Notes under the pieces: model-generated
Told to the model about the DNA's origin: nothing
The model's database searches: none
What the model saw: only the letters and a program-made list of their open reading frames with translations
In this document: positions 9,244 to 20,941 of the stretch, piece after piece
Layout of the letters: each line of letters starts with the position of its first letter
Position numbering within the stretch: the first letter of the stretch is position 1
Program-made: the position numbers and the translations under genes
Assembly: GCA_965214205.1 (NCBI GenBank)
Contig: OZ243941.1
Span: 1,969,419-2,033,418, forward strand
Reading direction: 5' to 3'
Length of the DNA: 64,000 bases
Source: Candidatus Poriferihabitaceae bacterium
Lineage (GTDB): Bacteria; Pseudomonadota; Gammaproteobacteria; Arenicellales; Poriferihabitantaceae

Positions 9244-10443
9244 ATGGTAGAGATGATAGATAAAGAGACACAGCAGAAAATACAAGCTCATCGCCTCCAG
9301 CAAATTCGGCTACGGCTACGGCAACATGACTGTGCCGGAGTTGTGCTTTTTGATCCGGTCAACATCCGCTATGCGACCGGGAGCCGCAATATGCAGGTCT
9401 GGACCATGCATAATTTCTGCCGATATGCGCTCATTCTGGAATCTGGCGGGGTTATTCTGTTTGATCTGCCGAGCTCCATGCACTTGGCACAGAACCTGAA
9501 TCACCTATCAGAGCGCAGACCCGCCATCTCCACCGACTATATGATTGTGGGAGAACGCTCCGATGAAATGGCGGCCAGATGGACCGCCGAGTTGAAATCA
9601 GTATTACACGAATCCGGTATACAGCGAGAGAATATCGCCATTGACCGGGCTGATTTACCGTTGTGCCTGGCCTGCCAGAAAGCGGGTATACGGTTAAAAG
9701 ACGGCAAGCCGGTCATGGAAAGAGCAAGAGCGATCAAATCCGTTGAGGAAATAAAGGCGCTCAAATGGTCGCTGAGTACCTGCGAGGACAGCGTTCGTGA
9801 TCTGAGGAACCGGCTTGAACCCGGAATGACAGAATCAGAGGCGCTGGCGCTTCTGATTAAAGGTTGCGTGGAGCGAGGTGGAGAATACCCCGAGACTCGA
9901 CTGCTCACCAGTGGCCCAAGAACCAACCCCTGGTTCCAGGAAACATCGAGCCGTGTCATCAACAACGGAGACCTGATCGCATTCGATACCGACATGATCG
10001 GCCCGTTGGGCTTTTATAATGACATCTCCAGAAGCTGGGTAGTGGGTGATAAAAAACCGACCGACAAACAGAGAAAAGCGTATGAAATCGCGCATGCGCA
10101 ACTACAGCACAATACCGCCCTGCTCACCCCCGGAATGGGATTCCTGGAATACTCGGACAAGGCGTATCAGCTACCTGATAACTGTCTGCCCAACCGCTAT
10201 GCAGATGTCGCTCACGGTTGCGGCCTAGGCGTGGAGTACCCCCTGATCTGGTATCGGGAGGACGAGCAATGGGGCGCTTATGATGGCGTATTTGAAGAGA
10301 ATATGGTGGTCTGCATCGAATGTTATGTCGGAGAGACTGGAGGGCGAGAAGGAGTCAAGCTGGAACAGCCGATCTGGATCAAGGCGGACGGCCCGAAGTT
10401 GTTGTCCGACCTGCCCCTGGAAGCGACCTGCCCTGCGGGATAA
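9244..10443 (+). CDS. M24 family metallopeptidase (creatinase/prolidase fold)
   Basis: Creatinase-like N-terminal domain plus a pita-bread C-terminal domain (FDTDMIGPLGFYNDISR, VAHGCGLGVEYP, ENMVVCIE). The ORF is open from 9013, but the conserved part starts at the ATG at 9244. Confidence 0.78.
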   Translation: MVEMIDKETQQKIQAHRLQQIRLRLRQHDCAGVVLFDPVNIRYATGSRNMQVWTMHNFCRYALILESGGVILFDLPSSMHLAQNLNHLSERRPAISTDYMIVGERSDEMAARWTAELKSVLHESGIQRENIAIDRADLPLCLACQKAGIRLKDGKPVMERARAIKSVEEIKALKWSLSTCEDSVRDLRNRLEPGMTESEALALLIKGCVERGGEYPETRLLTSGPRTNPWFQETSSRVINNGDLIAFDTDMIGPLGFYNDISRSWVVGDKKPTDKQRKAYEIAHAQLQHNTALLTPGMGFLEYSDKAYQLPDNCLPNRYADVAHGCGLGVEYPLIWYREDEQWGAYDGVFEENMVVCIECYVGETGGREGVKLEQPIWIKADGPKLLSDLPLEATCPAG

Positions 10444-10496
10444 CGCAACACGACAAGCGCCGGTCAATCAAACAGGCGCCGGGAACTCTGTAACCG

Positions 10497-11363
10497 TCAC
10501 AACAACCACCAAAGCACAACCGACAGTATGCCAACGGACATCGTGTTTGAAATCAGGACAATGGATGCCACCACTTCCGGCTGCTGGTTGTATTGTTCCG
10601 AAAACAGGAAATTCAGAACCGCGGGCGGTAACGCCGAAAAAAGGACCAGAATCCCTATCTGAAATGCGGTCAGGGGCAATATCCAGACCGCGATAGCCGC
10701 GAACAGAAGCCCCGACAACGGGCAGACCAGACCGGACACGACTCCGATCTTCCAGTGTTCCATCTGCGTCCTTCGCATACGAACGCCCAGGGAAAAAAGC
10801 ATCAGCGGAATCCCGACCTGACCGAGCATGGTGATCGGGAACTGGATAACCTCAGGAAGTCTGGTCTCCGTAAAATTGAACACGAGCGCCAGTATGGTCG
10901 CGATATTGACCGCGTTGCCAAGCAGGCTCTTCCACGACACCGCTCCTCCGAAAAGATAAACGCCAAACGTGAAATGCCCCAGATTGCTGACCAGAAACAA
11001 TATGATCGCGGCTTCCAGTCCCTGCTCGCCAAACGCCAGGACGGCCACCGGCAGCCCCAGATTCCCGCAGTTATTGAACATCATACTCGTCACGAACGCG
11101 CGGTTGGGATATTTCAGAATCCGTCCTATCGGCCAGGCGATCAGGCCCGACCCGACAATAACCAGGATGCCGCCGACAATCAGCCAGCGGTAAGTGATAA
11201 TAGCGAACTCCCCGCCCGCCACGACGTCAAATATCAACGCTGGCAAAAACACTCGTAAAACAAGCCCGTTCGCCACTCCCATATCGGGCTCGAACTTGTA
11301 AGCATACAGGAATCCGAGCAATACGATGATAACTACAGGGAACAGGATCGAGATAATTTCCAA
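10497..11363 (-). CDS. AEC (auxin efflux carrier) family transporter
   Basis: 288-aa polytopic membrane protein with about 9-10 hydrophobic segments and AEC-like layout and length. Confidence 0.7.
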   Translation of the reverse strand: MEIISILFPVVIIVLLGFLYAYKFEPDMGVANGLVLRVFLPALIFDVVAGGEFAIITYRWLIVGGILVIVGSGLIAWPIGRILKYPNRAFVTSMMFNNCGNLGLPVAVLAFGEQGLEAAIILFLVSNLGHFTFGVYLFGGAVSWKSLLGNAVNIATILALVFNFTETRLPEVIQFPITMLGQVGIPLMLFSLGVRMRRTQMEHWKIGVVSGLVCPLSGLLFAAIAVWILPLTAFQIGILVLFSALPPAVLNFLFSEQYNQQPEVVASIVLISNTMSVGILSVVLWWLL

Positions 11364-11394
11364 CAGGGTCTCCGGGCGCGGGTCTGGGTCTGAC

Positions 11395-12039
11395 TCAAGG
11401 ACAGAAACCCTGGCGATAAATCTCCAGTTGGCGGATTATATTCTGCCTTGCCCGGTTTCCCAGGCGGGCATTGAAATATTCTGTATAAAAAATGCGCCCC
11501 CGGCTCAACAGCCGGTTCAAGAATTCAACCTGCCCGCCAATAAATGCCTCGTCATCCAGATGATGGTTTTCCTCCCTGATCTTTCGCCCGTCCGCGGCGA
11601 ATCCTTCCCAGTCCTGGCCGAGACCGCTCAAATCCACATCCACCATATACAGGGAACAAGGATCGGCCGGCACATCCAGGTGGGTGGTATATAAAATGCA
11701 ACGGTTGACCGCGTGGGTGATATCCGGATTCATCCTCCCGGACGCCAGGGAGGAAAACCACTGGGCGCTTCGGGCCTCATTATCGCCGGCCGAAATTTCA
11801 TAAATGGCGTCATGAAACCAGATCGACAATTCGATAATGTCCTTGCTGGTTTGCGTAAGAGCGGTATTGATCGAATCAAATTCTGCCAGGCAATAGCGGA
11901 TGTGATCACCGTTATGGTAGACGCGATGAGATTCACCGTATCGCGCTTTCAGCGCATGGAAGACTTCACCGCAGTCAAAGTCATCTGCTACTGCACACCG
12001 TTCCCAGAGAGAGGTAAAGCGATCAAGTTTCATAATCAA
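11395..12039 (-). CDS. HD-domain-like predicted metal-dependent phosphohydrolase
   Basis: YHNGDHI ... WFHDAIY motifs (H..HD pattern), 214 aa. Confidence 0.55.
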   Translation of the reverse strand: MIMKLDRFTSLWERCAVADDFDCGEVFHALKARYGESHRVYHNGDHIRYCLAEFDSINTALTQTSKDIIELSIWFHDAIYEISAGDNEARSAQWFSSLASGRMNPDITHAVNRCILYTTHLDVPADPCSLYMVDVDLSGLGQDWEGFAADGRKIREENHHLDDEAFIGGQVEFLNRLLSRGRIFYTEYFNARLGNRARQNIIRQLEIYRQGFCP

Positions 12040-12655
12040 GGAAGTCCACTTCGCCGGTGACGAGGTCGTATTCAGCGCCTACCAGCATGAGCCTGCCCGA
12101 TTCGACGAGCCGCCCGAGCAACTCCGAGCCCTGGGTAAGAGCAGTCACCTGGGCCCGGACATTAGCCCTCCCCGCTTGGCGAATGAGCCTGTCGCGATCA
12201 GTATGCACAGCGGTGTCCAGCAGCGACTGCACGGTCGGGCGGATGCGGTTCAGAATGGCGTCCAGGTTTTCAGAACTGTTTTCGGGAGAAGGGTCCGGTT
12301 CTTTCAGCGCTGCCTCAATAGCGCCGCACCGGGCGTGTCCCAGCACCACCACCAGCTTGACGCCAAATCTGCCGACAGCGAACTCCACGCTGCCCACCTG
12401 GGACGGCGCCGCCACATTGCCCGCCACGCGAATGACGAAGAGATCGCCAAGCCCCTGATCGAACACCAACTCCACCGGCGCCCGTGAATCGGAACAACCC
12501 AGGATGACGGCGAACGGGGCCTGGCTGTCAGCAAGCTGCGCCCGCCGCCGCAAACTGATCGCGCCGCTCCGCCGCCGGCCGGAGACGAAACGCCGGTTCC
12601 CTTCCTTCAGTCGTTCGATTGCCTCCAGGGCGGTCGTATTTCCCATGCGCCCCAC
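12023..12655 (-). CDS. Beta-class carbonic anhydrase
   Basis: CSDSR, VIRVAGN and GHARCGAI zinc-ligand motifs. Confidence 0.87.
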   Translation of the reverse strand: MGRMGNTTALEAIERLKEGNRRFVSGRRRSGAISLRRRAQLADSQAPFAVILGCSDSRAPVELVFDQGLGDLFVIRVAGNVAAPSQVGSVEFAVGRFGVKLVVVLGHARCGAIEAALKEPDPSPENSSENLDAILNRIRPTVQSLLDTAVHTDRDRLIRQAGRANVRAQVTALTQGSELLGRLVESGRLMLVGAEYDLVTGEVDFLDYET

Positions 12656-12658
12656 CTC

Positions 12659-13138
12659 CTACTGGTAACTGACTCCGAGAATTTCGTAAATTCTTTTGCC
12701 GCCGGGCGCAGCGACCTCGATCTCGTCGCCGGTATTCTTGCCCAGCAATGACTTGCCGATTGGCGAGCTGATCGAAATTCTGCCCTGGCTCAGGTCGGCT
12801 TCGAGATTCCCGACCAACTGGTAGGTGACGGACTGGCCTTCATCAACATCGTAAAGATCCACATACGCGCCAAATACCACCCGACCCTCGCGCCCGATCT
12901 TGACCGGGTCGATGACCTCTGCGATGGAAAGGCTGGATTCGAGTTCGGCAATCCGGCCTTCGATAAAACCCTGTTGCTCTTTCGCGGCGTCATATTCGGC
13001 GTTTTCAGAAAGATCGCCATGAGAACGGGCTTCCGCGATAGCGGCTATGATTTTCGGCCGATCAACACTTTTTAGTTTTTTCAGTTCCTCACGCAAGGCC
13101 TCGGCCCCCTTGAGGGTCAACACTACTCTTTCACTCAT
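12659..13138 (-). CDS. greA: Transcription elongation factor GreA
   Basis: Coiled-coil N-terminus with [14 protein letters not shown], 159 aa. Confidence 0.95.
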   Translation of the reverse strand: MSERVVLTLKGAEALREELKKLKSVDRPKIIAAIAEARSHGDLSENAEYDAAKEQQGFIEGRIAELESSLSIAEVIDPVKIGREGRVVFGAYVDLYDVDEGQSVTYQLVGNLEADLSQGRISISSPIGKSLLGKNTGDEIEVAAPGGKRIYEILGVSYQ

Positions 13139-13206
13139 ATCTGTCTGTCTCTCGATATCCAGCCCGTCGTCGCGACTTCTTTGTGATGACCGGGGTCAGC
13201 CTCCGA

Positions 13207-16200
13207 TCACAGCCCCTGGTTTTTCTGGCCGGGTTCTGCCGACGGAGACTGAACAAGCTGTTCATGCAGCGCCTGCAACTGGTTGACAGTAACCGTGCCA
13301 GCGTACCGATGAGCTTCGGCAGAGGCTCTGGCCGCCGCCAGGGTCGTGTAATAGGTCACCTTGTGCAGTAGCGCCTGTCGACGAATTGTATAGGAATCTT
13401 TGAGGCTCTGCTTGCCGGATGTGGTATTGACGATCATATCAAACTCATGATTCTTGATCATATCGACAACATGAGGTCGGCCTCCAATGACCTTGTTGAC
13501 CAGTTGGACCGGAATGCCCGCTTGCCGAATTACGCTGCCAGTCCCTTCAGTCGCCAGGATTTCAAACCCGGCGTTGTAGAAATACCGGACAATCGGCACG
13601 GCTTCGCGCTGGTCATCCTTACGCAGGCTGAACATGATCCTGCCGGATTTGGGAATGGTGTATCCCGCCGCGCTCTGGGATTTCTCGAAGGCCTCGCCAA
13701 AACTGTCACCAATGCCCATCACCTCACCGGTGCTTTTCATTTCCGGACCCAGCACCGTGTCCACTCCGGGAAATTTGATAAACGGGAATACCGCCTCCTT
13801 GACCGAGTAGAAGTTCGGCGCCCGCTCACTCACGATACCCTGTTCAGCCAGGGATTGCCCGGCCATGCAGCGCGAAGCAATCCGGGCCAGGGGTCTGGCG
13901 GTCGCCTTGGAGACGAACGGCACTGTTCTCGAGGCTCTGGGATTGACTTCAAGAACGTAAATCTGATCATCTTTAACCGCAAACTGCACATTCATCAGGC
14001 CGACCACATTCAATGCCAGCGCCAGCGCCCGGGTCTGCGCCTTCAGTTCCTCCTGCAAGGAATGAGGCAGGCTGTACGGCGGCAATGAGCAGGCGGAATC
14101 ACCCGAATGGACTCCCGCCTCTTCGATATGCTCCATGATGCCGCCAATGACGACCTGTTCGCCGTCGCTGACCGCGTCCACATCCACCTCGACCGCGTCA
14201 TTCAGGAACCGGTCCAACAAAATCGGCGAATCGAACGAGGCGCCCGTGGTGGAATGCAGGTAGGTATCGAGATCCTGCGGGTTGTAGACAATCTCCATGC
14301 CTCGCCCACCCAGCACATAAGACGGGCGCACCACCAGCGGATAACCGATTTCATCCGCCAGGCCAAGCGCTTCCCGCTGACTGGTCGCGGTCCGATTTGG
14401 CGGCTGCAGCAAGTCCAGGTCAGCCAGCAGTTTCTGAAAGAACGCCCGATCCTCCGCCTGATGAATCGAGGTCGGCGTCGTGCCGATAATCGGAGCGCCC
14501 GCTTTTTCAAGATCGCGAGCCAGCTTGAGCGGGGTTTGACCACCAAACTGGACAATAACCCCAAGCGGCTTTTCTATCCGCACAATCTCAAGCACGTCTT
14601 CCAGAGTCAGCGATTCGAAATACAACCGGTCAGACGTGTCGTAGTCGGTGGATACGGTTTCCGGGTTGCAATTCACCATGATCGTTTCGTAGCCATCCTC
14701 GCTTAACGCCATTGAGGCATGCACGCAGCAATAGTCGAACTCGATCCCCTGACCAATCCGGTTGGGTCCGCCGCCCAGCACGATGATTTTCTTCTTATCG
14801 GTCGGATTGGCTTCACACTCCTCTTCATAAGTCGAGTACAGATACGCCGTAGCGGTATCAAATTCGGCGGCGCAGGAATCGACCCGTTTGAATACCGGAT
14901 GAATCGCGTTACGGTAGCGGTAGTCCCTGACCCGCTGTTCATCGAGTTTCATCAATCTGGCAATCCGGCAATCCGAAAACCCTTTGGCCTTCCAGCCTCT
15001 CATGATGACGGGGGAAAGGCCGGTCAATTCCGATCCGGCAATCTCTCGCTCGGTTTCCACCAGCTCCTGTATCTGGGCCAGGAACCAGTAGTCGATCCTG
15101 CAGGTCTGATAGATCGTGTCGATGCTCATTCCGGACCGGAAAGCCTCGGCAAGATACCAGGGCCTCCTGACGCCTGGAATTCGCAGCTTCGAGGTCAGAT
15201 AATCACGGCTATTGCCGTTATCAGGCACAGTCTGGTCATCCAGCCCGCTGCTGCCGATCTCAAGCCCCCGCAACGCCTTCTGGAATGATTCCTGGAAGGT
15301 TCTTCCCATTGCCATGACTTCACCCACCGACTTCATTTGTGTGGTCAGGGTCGCGTCCGCCTGCGGGAATTTCTCGAAATCGAATCGGGGAATCTTGGTC
15401 ACGACATAGTCGATGCTCGGCTCGAACGAGGCCGGGGTCGCGCCATTGGTAATTTCGTTCCTCAATTCATCCAGGGTCAATCCGACCGCGAGCCGAGCCG
15501 CCACCTTGGCGATGGGGAAGCCGGTGGCCTTGGAGGCCAGCGCCGAAGACCGTGACACCCTGGGATTCATTTCAATGATGATCATCCGGCCATTGTCGGG
15601 GTTGATCGCGAACTGGACATTCGAGCCTCCCGTATCCACTCCGATCTCCCGCAACACGGCGATACTGGCGTCGCGCATGATCTGGTATTCCTTGTCGGTC
15701 AGTGTCTGCGCCGGCGCGACCGTGATGGAGTCACCGGTATGCACCCCCATCGGGTCCAGATTCTCAATCGCGCAAACAATAATGCAGTTGTCGTTCCTGT
15801 CCCGAACCACTTCCATTTCATACTCTTTCCAACCGATGATGCTTTCCTCGATCAAAAGCTCATTGGTCGGCGAAGCGTCCAGGCCCCGGTTGCAGATTTC
15901 ATCAAACTCATCCATGTTATAAGCAATCCCGCCGCCACTGCCGCCCAGGGTAAATGAAGGTCTGATAATTACCGGGAATCCGATTTCCCCGACAATCCTG
16001 TGGGCATCCTCCAGAGAATGCGCCAGGTCACCGTTTGCGGTATCCAGATTGATCGCCGTCATGGCCTGACGGAACCGCTCCCGGTCTTCCGCCTTGTCTA
16101 TCGCCTCACGGGTCGCGCCGATCATTTCAACATCGAACTGTTCCAGCACGCCATGCCGATTCAGGTCCAGGGCGCAGTTCAGCCCGGTTTGTCCGCCCAT

Positions 16201-16467
16201 GGTCGGCAGTATCGCGTCCGGCCTTTCCGCCTCGATGATTTTAGCCACGGTTTGCCATCGGATCGGTTCTATATAGGTGGCGTCGGCAAAACCCGGGTCC
16301 GTCATAATGGTGGCGGGATTCGAGTTGACCAGTATGACCCGGTAGCCCTCCCGCTTGAGCGCCCTGCACGCCTGAACCCCGGAATAATCGAATTCACAGG
16401 CCTGGCCGATAATAATCGGTCCGGCGCCGATAATAAGAATGGATTGAATGTCTTCCCTTTTAGGCAT
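13207..16467 (-). CDS. carB: Carbamoyl-phosphate synthase large subunit
   Basis: 1086 aa with duplicated ATP-grasp halves. The N-terminus reads [30 protein letters not shown]. Confidence 0.97.
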   Translation of the reverse strand: MPKREDIQSILIIGAGPIIIGQACEFDYSGVQACRALKREGYRVILVNSNPATIMTDPGFADATYIEPIRWQTVAKIIEAERPDAILPTMGGQTGLNCALDLNRHGVLEQFDVEMIGATREAIDKAEDRERFRQAMTAINLDTANGDLAHSLEDAHRIVGEIGFPVIIRPSFTLGGSGGGIAYNMDEFDEICNRGLDASPTNELLIEESIIGWKEYEMEVVRDRNDNCIIVCAIENLDPMGVHTGDSITVAPAQTLTDKEYQIMRDASIAVLREIGVDTGGSNVQFAINPDNGRMIIIEMNPRVSRSSALASKATGFPIAKVAARLAVGLTLDELRNEITNGATPASFEPSIDYVVTKIPRFDFEKFPQADATLTTQMKSVGEVMAMGRTFQESFQKALRGLEIGSSGLDDQTVPDNGNSRDYLTSKLRIPGVRRPWYLAEAFRSGMSIDTIYQTCRIDYWFLAQIQELVETEREIAGSELTGLSPVIMRGWKAKGFSDCRIARLMKLDEQRVRDYRYRNAIHPVFKRVDSCAAEFDTATAYLYSTYEEECEANPTDKKKIIVLGGGPNRIGQGIEFDYCCVHASMALSEDGYETIMVNCNPETVSTDYDTSDRLYFESLTLEDVLEIVRIEKPLGVIVQFGGQTPLKLARDLEKAGAPIIGTTPTSIHQAEDRAFFQKLLADLDLLQPPNRTATSQREALGLADEIGYPLVVRPSYVLGGRGMEIVYNPQDLDTYLHSTTGASFDSPILLDRFLNDAVEVDVDAVSDGEQVVIGGIMEHIEEAGVHSGDSACSLPPYSLPHSLQEELKAQTRALALALNVVGLMNVQFAVKDDQIYVLEVNPRASRTVPFVSKATARPLARIASRCMAGQSLAEQGIVSERAPNFYSVKEAVFPFIKFPGVDTVLGPEMKSTGEVMGIGDSFGEAFEKSQSAAGYTIPKSGRIMFSLRKDDQREAVPIVRYFYNAGFEILATEGTGSVIRQAGIPVQLVNKVIGGRPHVVDMIKNHEFDMIVNTTSGKQSLKDSYTIRRQALLHKVTYYTTLAAARASAEAHRYAGTVTVNQLQALHEQLVQSPSAEPGQKNQGL

Positions 16468-17605
16468 TGGACTTTCGCGTCTGGTCTGTTTCCATCATCC
16501 GGATGAAACGGTCGAACAAATAATCAATATCCTTCGGTCCGGGGCTGGCTTCGGGATGTCCCTGAAATGAAAATGCGGGAACATCAAGACGTTCGATCCC
16601 CTGTATCGTGTCATCGAACAGGGAGCGATGGGTGACCCGGATATGATCATCCAGTGATTCCGGTTGCACGGTAAATCCATGGTTCTGGCTGGTAATCAGG
16701 ACTTGCCCGGTATCGAGGTCCTGTACCGGATGATTGGCTCCGTGGTGGCCGAATTTCATTTTCCCGGTTTTCGCGCCGCTCGCCAGGCACAGCAGTTGAT
16801 GCCCCAGGCAGATGCCGAAGACGGGAATACCGGCTTTCAGGATTTGACTGATCGCGTTGATTGCGTAATCACAGGGTTCGGGGTCTCCCGGCCCATTGGA
16901 CAGAAACACGCCGTCGGGGTTCATGGCCAATACCTCCTCGGCCGTGGTGGTTGCCGGAACCACCGTGACCGTACATCCCCGCCCGGCCAGTAACCGCATG
17001 ATGTTATGCTTGACGCCAAAATCGAAAGCGACTACCGAGTATATGGATTGCCCCGCCGCCTGATAGCCCGATTCCAGGTCCCATACTCCGCCATTCCATT
17101 GATAAACCCGGTCTGTCGTCACGACCGACGCCAGGTCCATGCCGGCCAGGCCGGGAAACGACCGGGCGGCAGCCAGCGCGCTGGCCTCGTCCGGGGATTC
17201 CTGTGCGCTGATACAGCCGCGTTGAGCGCCCTTGTCACGCAGGATACGGGTCAATTTACGGGTGTCGATTTCGCTGATCGCCACCACGCCCCGGCGTTGC
17301 AGGTAATCAGGCAGAGACTCCCCGGAGCGCCAGTTGCTGTACCGGCCGGGCACATTTCTCACGATCAACCCGGAGCAGAATATCCTGTCGGATTCCACAT
17401 CTTCGGAGTTGACGCCTACATTACCGATATGAGGATAGGTCAGCGTGACCAGTTGTCTGGAGTATGAAGGGTCTGTCAGGATTTCCTGATACCCGGTCAT
17501 GGAAGTGTTGAAAACAACTTCCCCGGCGCTCAGGCCGTTGGCGCCGATTGATTTACCATGGAACGAACTGCCGTCTTCAAGAACCAGCAGAGCAAGTGTG
17601 TTCAA
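16460..17605 (-). CDS. carA: Carbamoyl-phosphate synthase small subunit
   Basis: Glutamine amidotransferase motif GICLGHQLL, 381 aa. It overlaps the carB start. Confidence 0.97.
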   Translation of the reverse strand: MNTLALLVLEDGSSFHGKSIGANGLSAGEVVFNTSMTGYQEILTDPSYSRQLVTLTYPHIGNVGVNSEDVESDRIFCSGLIVRNVPGRYSNWRSGESLPDYLQRRGVVAISEIDTRKLTRILRDKGAQRGCISAQESPDEASALAAARSFPGLAGMDLASVVTTDRVYQWNGGVWDLESGYQAAGQSIYSVVAFDFGVKHNIMRLLAGRGCTVTVVPATTTAEEVLAMNPDGVFLSNGPGDPEPCDYAINAISQILKAGIPVFGICLGHQLLCLASGAKTGKMKFGHHGANHPVQDLDTGQVLITSQNHGFTVQPESLDDHIRVTHRSLFDDTIQGIERLDVPAFSFQGHPEASPGPKDIDYLFDRFIRMMETDQTRKSNA

Positions 17606-17654
17606 TAAAACCTCCAGTCAAGCCTCAAACATCCCGGACCCGAAAAACGCGCCT

Positions 17655-17685
17655 AAAAAAAGGGGAAAACCGGGCGGTTTCCCCC
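17655..17685 (-). terminator. Rho-independent terminator downstream of dapB
   Basis: The minus strand reads GGGGAAACCGCCCGGTTTTCCCC followed by TTTTTTT, about 50 nt after the dapB stop. Confidence 0.6.
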
Positions 17686-17736
17686 TGTTCCATCGGGTCA
17701 ATGAACCCCATATTCTACCTGCTGAGCGAGTTTCAA

Positions 17737-18534
17737 TCAATCAAGATTGAGCACATCCCGCATGCTGTAGAAGCCCTTTTCCTGTTGCGCCAGCCAGACT
17801 GCGGCACGCACCGCTCCACGCGCGAAAATCTTGCGGTCGGTTGCGCGATGGGTGATCTCGATACGTTCGCTGTCACCGATAAACAGGACGGTATGCTCGC
17901 CCGCGATATCGCCGCCGCGGATCGTGGAAAACCCGATGGCGCCGGATTCGCGCTCACCGGTCTGGCCGTGGCGGGCAAATGTGCCGCAACCCGGAAAGTC
18001 CCGGCCCAGCGCATCCGCCGCCGCCCCGCCAAGCAACAGCGCGGTTCCCGATGGCGCGTCTGCCTTGTGGCGGTGATGGGCTTCTACCACTTCAATATCG
18101 ACAACATCACCGAGCGCCTTACTGGCCATTTCGACCAGCGCCACACACAGGTTGATGCCGACACTGGTATTGGCGGCCAACAGCGTCGGGATTGAATCAG
18201 CCGCATCTACAACCTGTTGATTGTGCGCCGGATCAAGTCCGGTCGTACCGATCAGGATCGCCGCGTTACATGACTGGCAGATATCGAGGTGGTCCGCCAC
18301 CGCGGCCGGACTCGAAAAATCAATCATTACATCAAAATCGGGATTTTCAATCGTGTCGGTGATCCGGACCCCCGGTTCCGGCAACCCGGCCACTTCCCCG
18401 ATGCGCCGACCAACCATATCACTGCCCGCCCTCTCAAGCGCGCCAACAACGGTCAGGCCATCCACCGGGTACAGTTCACGTGCAATCGCCGACCCCATTC
18501 GACCGGCCGCCCCGGACAGGACAATTTTCAGCAT
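17737..18534 (-). CDS. dapB: 4-hydroxy-tetrahydrodipicolinate reductase
   Basis: MLKIVLSGAAGRMG Rossmann motif and EAHHRHKADAPSGTA signature. Confidence 0.95.
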   Translation of the reverse strand: MLKIVLSGAAGRMGSAIARELYPVDGLTVVGALERAGSDMVGRRIGEVAGLPEPGVRITDTIENPDFDVMIDFSSPAAVADHLDICQSCNAAILIGTTGLDPAHNQQVVDAADSIPTLLAANTSVGINLCVALVEMASKALGDVVDIEVVEAHHRHKADAPSGTALLLGGAAADALGRDFPGCGTFARHGQTGERESGAIGFSTIRGGDIAGEHTVLFIGDSERIEITHRATDRKIFARGAVRAAVWLAQQEKGFYSMRDVLNLD

Positions 18535-18574
18535 TTTACCAGTTATACCTCTATCATACTGTCTGCGTCACCCG

Positions 18575-19903
<1,329 letters not shown>

Positions 19904-20287
19904 TCAGGACGCGGCAAAAAACCGCCCGATCTGCAATCCTGCGGCGGCGGCCACGACACATGTCAATACACTGGCGATTATATTCAACAATGCCTTTAAC
20001 CAAAAGCCCGACTGGACAAGATTAACGGTCTCGAGTGAAAAAGTCGAAAATGTGGTGAAACCGCCGAGTATGCCGAAAATAATAAACGCCCGGAGAAGCT
20101 CGTTGTCCGCAAAACGCTGGTGGATCACCGCATAGCAGAACCCGACCAGCAGAGAACCCAGAATATTGACGGACAAGGTGCCAATTGGAAAACCCGACGA
20201 CAAGAACCGATGCTGGACAGTCACCGACAGCCAGAAACGAAGAACAGAACCGAGGGCGCCTCCCAGGGCGATTAACAGCCAGTTCAT
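19904..20287 (-). CDS. crcB: Fluoride channel CrcB
   Basis: 127 aa with four TM segments and a GGFTTFSTF motif. Confidence 0.9.
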   Translation of the reverse strand: MNWLLIALGGALGSVLRFWLSVTVQHRFLSSGFPIGTLSVNILGSLLVGFCYAVIHQRFADNELLRAFIIFGILGGFTTFSTFSLETVNLVQSGFWLKALLNIIASVLTCVVAAAAGLQIGRFFAAS

Positions 20288-20290
20288 CGA

Positions 20291-20941
20291 CTATTCGGTG
20301 TTGTCGATGATGTCCACCCCGTCTGGAGGAACAAAATTGAACACACTTTCCGAAATGGGTTCGTTTTCCTTCAGGTCAACAAAGCTGATCCGGGTTCTCT
20401 GGCCCAGATTGTCCAGCAATTCCATCAGTCTCAACCGATTGTCCTCGAATCCGATCCGTATTTCCCGAAATTCGCTTTCCGGATCTTTCGGGATCAGATT
20501 GACCCAGTCAAACCGTCCCTGAGCGCCAATCTCTTCAATAACATGGCTTTTTTCAATATCTCCCGACTCGGACAGCAGCAAGGCCGGAGAGGTTCCCAAT
20601 GCCTGGGTCTGGCTCTGCACTGTGACCTGCTCCAGCTCAATGTCATACACCCACACATTTTCACCGTCGCCGACGATTTCCTGGGCTTCGGGAAGCTCAT
20701 AGTTCCATCGAAACAGTCCGGGCCTGCGGACCCACACCGTACCCTGGCCGTCATTGATTTCGGTCAACGATTCATCCAGAACCACCTGGCCGAACCGGGC
20801 CTTGAACGACAGGATTTCGTCGAAAAAATAATTCAACGCATCGGCGCCGGGGCCGGCGGCGGCGCTGGTCGTCAGCAGCACGGACAAGGCAACGCTCGGC
20901 AGCAGGTTCAGTAACGGTTTTTTCATGGTTTTCCGATTCAC
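20291..20941 (-). CDS. lolA: Outer-membrane lipoprotein carrier LolA
   Basis: Signal peptide and ~200-aa LolA-like sequence. It sits at the conserved position downstream of ftsK. Confidence 0.87.
   Translation of the reverse strand: MNRKTMKKPLLNLLPSVALSVLLTTSAAAGPGADALNYFFDEILSFKARFGQVVLDESLTEINDGQGTVWVRRPGLFRWNYELPEAQEIVGDGENVWVYDIELEQVTVQSQTQALGTSPALLLSESGDIEKSHVIEEIGAQGRFDWVNLIPKDPESEFREIRIGFEDNRLRLMELLDNLGQRTRISFVDLKENEPISESVFNFVPPDGVDIIDNTE

Noticed and set aside
9244-10443. M24 protein as a DMSP lyase (DddP) or ectoine hydrolase (DoeA), given the neighbouring AEC transporter.
   Set aside because: Only the generic M24/creatinase fold can be recognised by eye. Assigning a subfamily needs phylogeny or profile searches, and there is no supporting pathway context in the window.
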